A DNA stretch of 51,243 bases from Treponema sp. (lineage in GTDB: Bacteria; Spirochaetota; Spirochaetia; Treponematales; Treponemataceae). The notes beneath the pieces were generated by a model. That model searched no databases, had not been told where the DNA came from, and was given only the letters and a program-made list of their open reading frames with translations. The position numbers and the translations under genes were made by a program. Below are positions 47,875 through 51,243 of the stretch, piece by piece. Every line of letters begins with the position of its first letter. Positions within the stretch are counted from its first letter, which is position 1. The stretch spans positions 1-51,243 of the forward strand of contig JAGCYQ010000060.1 in assembly GCA_017960765.1 (NCBI GenBank), read 5' to 3'.

Positions 47875-49968
47875 ATGGCTGAGAAAAAGAGAAAATCAAG
47901 TCTTATTGCAAACTTGATCATAATGATTGGAATTGTTATTCTTGCGCTTACATTGATTCAGGTTACGGTTCTTTCAAGCCTTGCAAAATCTGATTCACGG
48001 AAGGATAATGTTGACAGTTATGTACTTTTGACAACATCAATCAAGCAGAATCTTGAGAACATTATCGAAGGCTACTTCAAGGAAATGGATACCTACGTCA
48101 ATGCGGACATAATGCGAGATGGTGACTTTGATGCCGCAGGAAGATGGCTTCAGGAGCATCCGGAGATCCGCGGAAAAGATTTTGACTACATAATGATAGC
48201 TGATGGCGCAGGATATTCCTACAATGACAACGGCAGCCGGACAGATATTGCAGAGCGTGACTATTTCCAGGCAATAATGAAGCAGGGAAAGGACCGCTTT
48301 GTCGATAACCCGGTAATATCCAAGACAACAGGAAACCGTGTAATCCATATAACAAGAAGCGTCCACGACAAGAACGGAAAGGTCTTTGCAATGGTGGCAG
48401 GAGTCATCAATGTGGATGTCCTGATCAAGCCTGTTAAAGAGGTAAAGGTTTCTGACGACATCTGGATCTTCCTTATTGACCACAACGGAGCCGTAATTTA
48501 CCACCCTGTCGCAACTGATGACGGAAACTTCATTACAAACCCGGGAGAAGGTCATGACGATCTTTCTGAGATCTCTAAACGCATGGTAAACGGAGAAAGC
48601 TCATACGCATGGATTGTCTCCTATACCGGAAGCAAGGAGGATTTGATTGTCTATTCAGGTATAGATGGCACTCCATGGGGTCTGGGATTTCTGGTTCCCG
48701 GCAATACAGTTGACGCACTTGGCACAAAAATTGCAAGGACAACGGTTATTTTCGGTGCCATTATCGTTCTGATTGTCATTATCATCGGAGCAACAATAAT
48801 GGGAATGTCCCTCAAACCTCTTAACATTGTAAAGGATGCAGTCGTCGGAATAGCACAGGGCAACGCAGACTTGACCCAGAGGATCACAATAAAATCTAAC
48901 AACGAAATCGGTCAGGTTGTACAGGGCTTCAACAACTTTACCGAGAAACTTCAGTCAATCATATCAGACGTAAAGGAATCAAGGAATGAACTTGGTCAGG
49001 CAGGAGAGGACATGTCTGCTACAGCCGAGGACATGACAAGCGCGATTACCCAGATCCTTGAGAACATAGAGCAGTTCAAGAAACAGCTCGACAACCAGAA
49101 AGGCAGCGTAGACCAGACAGCAGGTGCGGTCAACGAGATATCATCCAATATTGAATCACTCAACCACATGATCTCAAGCCAGTCCTCTGGAGTAACACAG
49201 GCTTCCAGCGCAGTTGAGCAGATGATCGGAAACATAAACTCCGTAAGCAACTCAATGGAAAAGATGGACAAGTCTTTTGGCGGCCTTCAGTCACATTCAC
49301 AGGAAGGATTTACAAAGCTGGAGACAGTCAGCCAGAAAGTCCATGCAATTGAGAATCAGTCCGCCGCACTGAAAGAAGCTAACGTTGCAATCGCAAACAT
49401 CGCAGAGCAGACAAACCTCCTTGCCATGAATGCGGCTATTGAGGCAGCCCACGCCGGTGAAGCAGGAAAGGGATTTGCCGTTGTTGCAGATGAAATCAGA
49501 AAACTTTCCGAGACATCATCACAGCAGTCAACACAGATTACAAACCAGCTGAATCAGATCATGGAGTCAATCAAGCAGGTTGTAGGAGCATCATCCGATG
49601 CAAGCAGCACGTTCGCACTTGTTTCCCAGGAGCTTACTGCCACCGATGAGCTGGTCATGCAGATCAGGACCGCAATGGAAGAGCAGAACGAAGGCTCAAA
49701 GCAGATTCTTGAATCACTCAAGATGATGAACAACAGTACAAGTGAAGTACGAAACGCATCAGTCGAAATGCAGGAAGGAAACAAGCTCATTCTTTCCGAG
49801 GTAAAGAACCTGCAGGATGCCACAGTCTTGATGAAGTCCAGCATGGAAGAGATGACAGTCGGCGCAAGAAAAATCAACGAGACAGGAACGGTGCTCTCTG
49901 AAGTCTCCGACCGCATGAAAGGCTCCATCGACAAAATCGGAAAACAAATCGACGAGTTCAAGGTCTAA
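47875..49968 (+). CDS. Methyl-accepting chemotaxis protein (dCache sensor, HAMP, MCP signal domain)
   Basis: ERDYFQ...PVISKTTG (dCache); DLTQRI..NEIGQ (HAMP); [36 protein letters not shown]; ATG 47875 with SD GAGG. Confidence 0.96.
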   Translation: MAEKKRKSSLIANLIIMIGIVILALTLIQVTVLSSLAKSDSRKDNVDSYVLLTTSIKQNLENIIEGYFKEMDTYVNADIMRDGDFDAAGRWLQEHPEIRGKDFDYIMIADGAGYSYNDNGSRTDIAERDYFQAIMKQGKDRFVDNPVISKTTGNRVIHITRSVHDKNGKVFAMVAGVINVDVLIKPVKEVKVSDDIWIFLIDHNGAVIYHPVATDDGNFITNPGEGHDDLSEISKRMVNGESSYAWIVSYTGSKEDLIVYSGIDGTPWGLGFLVPGNTVDALGTKIARTTVIFGAIIVLIVIIIGATIMGMSLKPLNIVKDAVVGIAQGNADLTQRITIKSNNEIGQVVQGFNNFTEKLQSIISDVKESRNELGQAGEDMSATAEDMTSAITQILENIEQFKKQLDNQKGSVDQTAGAVNEISSNIESLNHMISSQSSGVTQASSAVEQMIGNINSVSNSMEKMDKSFGGLQSHSQEGFTKLETVSQKVHAIENQSAALKEANVAIANIAEQTNLLAMNAAIEAAHAGEAGKGFAVVADEIRKLSETSSQQSTQITNQLNQIMESIKQVVGASSDASSTFALVSQELTATDELVMQIRTAMEEQNEGSKQILESLKMMNNSTSEVRNASVEMQEGNKLILSEVKNLQDATVLMKSSMEEMTVGARKINETGTVLSEVSDRMKGSIDKIGKQIDEFKV

Positions 49969-49993
49969 GCCCCCTAACCCCAGGGAAAAGAAT

Positions 49994-50033
49994 AAAGGTG
50001 AATGCGGCATCGAGTCACATTCACCTTTTTTTT
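49994..50033 (+). terminator. Terminator between convergent MCP and leuS
   Basis: AAAGGTGAATG...CATTCACCTTT followed by a T run. Confidence 0.85.
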
Positions 50034-50046
50034 GGTTATTATAATT

Positions 50047-51243
50047 TTACTTTGCGACGACGTTGACGAGCTTGTCGGGGACTACCACTACCTTTACGAT
50101 GCTCTTGCCTTCGAGGAACTTCTTGGCTCCCTCGGTTTCAAGGGCGGTCTTCTGGAGTGTGTCCTTATCGGTTCCAACGGCGGCCTCGAACTTGTCGCGG
50201 AGTTTTCCGTTTATCATGACGACGATTGTCTTGGTGTCCTCTTTGCAGTACTCCTCGCTGAACACTGGCCATGGCTCGTATGCAACGGTCTTTGTGTGTC
50301 CCATTTTTTCCCAGAGCTCTTCTCCAAGATGTGGTGCATAGACGGAGAGCATCTTAACGAAACCTTCCCACATTGCTTTTGGAAGTCCAGAAAGCTTAGC
50401 GGCCTCGTTTACAAAAATCATCATCTGGCTGATTGCTGTGTTGAAGTCGAGTGTTGATGTATCATGTGTGACTTTTGCCACTGTCTTTGCATAGGTTTTC
50501 CTGAGTGAGGAAAGATCCTTGTCATCGATTTTTCCTGTGATGTCTATGTCAGAAAGCGGCTTGTCTGAAAGTGACCATACTTTGTCCAGGAAGCGGTTTA
50601 CTCCGATCAATCCCTGTGTATTCCACGGCTTTGATACTGTAAGAGGTCCCATGAACATCTCGTACATGCGCACGCTGTCGGCTCCGTACTGCTTTATCAT
50701 CTCGTCGGGGTTTACGACATTCTTGAGTGACTTTGACATCTTGGCGATTATCCTCTCAAGCTTTTCCCCGGTCTCCTTGTCCTTGAATTCATTCGGTGCA
50801 ACTTCCTCTGCCCTGTCTATCGGAATGAGTGACTTTGCGGCGTTCTGATATGCAAAGCTTGTTATCATTCCCTGGTTGATAAGACGGTGGAACGGCTCCT
50901 TTGTGCTTACGACTCCTGCATCAAAAAGAACCTTGGGCCAGAAGCGGCTGTAAAGGAGGTGAAGTACTGCATGCTCTGCTCCTCCGACATAGAGGTCAAC
51001 CGGCATCCAGTATTTTTCTTTCTCCGGATCAACAAAGAGCTTTTCGTTTTTCGGGTCGATGTAGCGCAGGTAATACCAGCAGCTTCCTGCCCACTGAGGC
51101 ATGGTATTGGTCTCGCGTCTTGCATCTGCATTGCACTTGGGGCACTTGCAGTTAACCCAGCTTTCTATTCCGGCAAGAGGGCTTTCTCCTGTTCCTGTCG
51201 GCTGATATGTCTTTACATCAGGCAGCTCAAGTGGAAGCTGATC
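50047..51243 (-). CDS. leuS: Leucine--tRNA ligase, C-terminal part (5' end outside the window)
   Basis: RETNTMPQWAGSCWYYLRY, YVGGAEHAVLHLLY, KMSKS, YGADSVR, FNTAIS; frame open to the window edge. Confidence 0.97.
   Translation of the reverse strand, partial: DQLPLELPDVKTYQPTGTGESPLAGIESWVNCKCPKCNADARRETNTMPQWAGSCWYYLRYIDPKNEKLFVDPEKEKYWMPVDLYVGGAEHAVLHLLYSRFWPKVLFDAGVVSTKEPFHRLINQGMITSFAYQNAAKSLIPIDRAEEVAPNEFKDKETGEKLERIIAKMSKSLKNVVNPDEMIKQYGADSVRMYEMFMGPLTVSKPWNTQGLIGVNRFLDKVWSLSDKPLSDIDITGKIDDKDLSSLRKTYAKTVAKVTHDTSTLDFNTAISQMMIFVNEAAKLSGLPKAMWEGFVKMLSVYAPHLGEELWEKMGHTKTVAYEPWPVFSEEYCKEDTKTIVVMINGKLRDKFEAAVGTDKDTLQKTALETEGAKKFLEGKSIVKVVVVPDKLVNVVAK

Overview
Gene-dense chromosomal region, most likely from a gut or rumen Treponema. 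The basis is spirochaete-style lipoboxes, the uvrC/LamG-FN3/TPR neighbourhood and the MCP style; the taxonomy is inference. It contains about 30 CDS and one tRNA-Leu(GAG). Housekeeping genes: murJ, M24 peptidase, uvrC, htrA, asnA, galT, argR, pgi, tatD, mutS2, HAD phosphatase, carA, asnB, RNB exoribonuclease, msmK-like ATPase, an MCP and partial leuS. A >1419-codon CoA-activase gene at the left edge is missing from the ORF track. No transposase, integrase, phage gene or CRISPR array was seen. The most unusual block is the glutamine-utilising carA-carB'-asnB locus (34.0-38.8 kb). It has an attenuator/ANTAR-like leader, a GC-rich palindromic element in frame inside carA, a half-length CarB that stops at the junction of the two ATP-grasp halves, and a diverged duplicate of the asnB 3' end separated by a palindrome. 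Other oddities are an 828-codon lipoprotein gene split by one in-frame TAG, a class III cyclase lacking the adenine-selecting Lys next to a long coiled-coil membrane protein, a radical-SAM homolog without its Fe-S motif, several apparently leaderless genes, and two divergent genes sharing one ATGCAT start palindrome. All family calls come from motif recognition by eye, not database searches.
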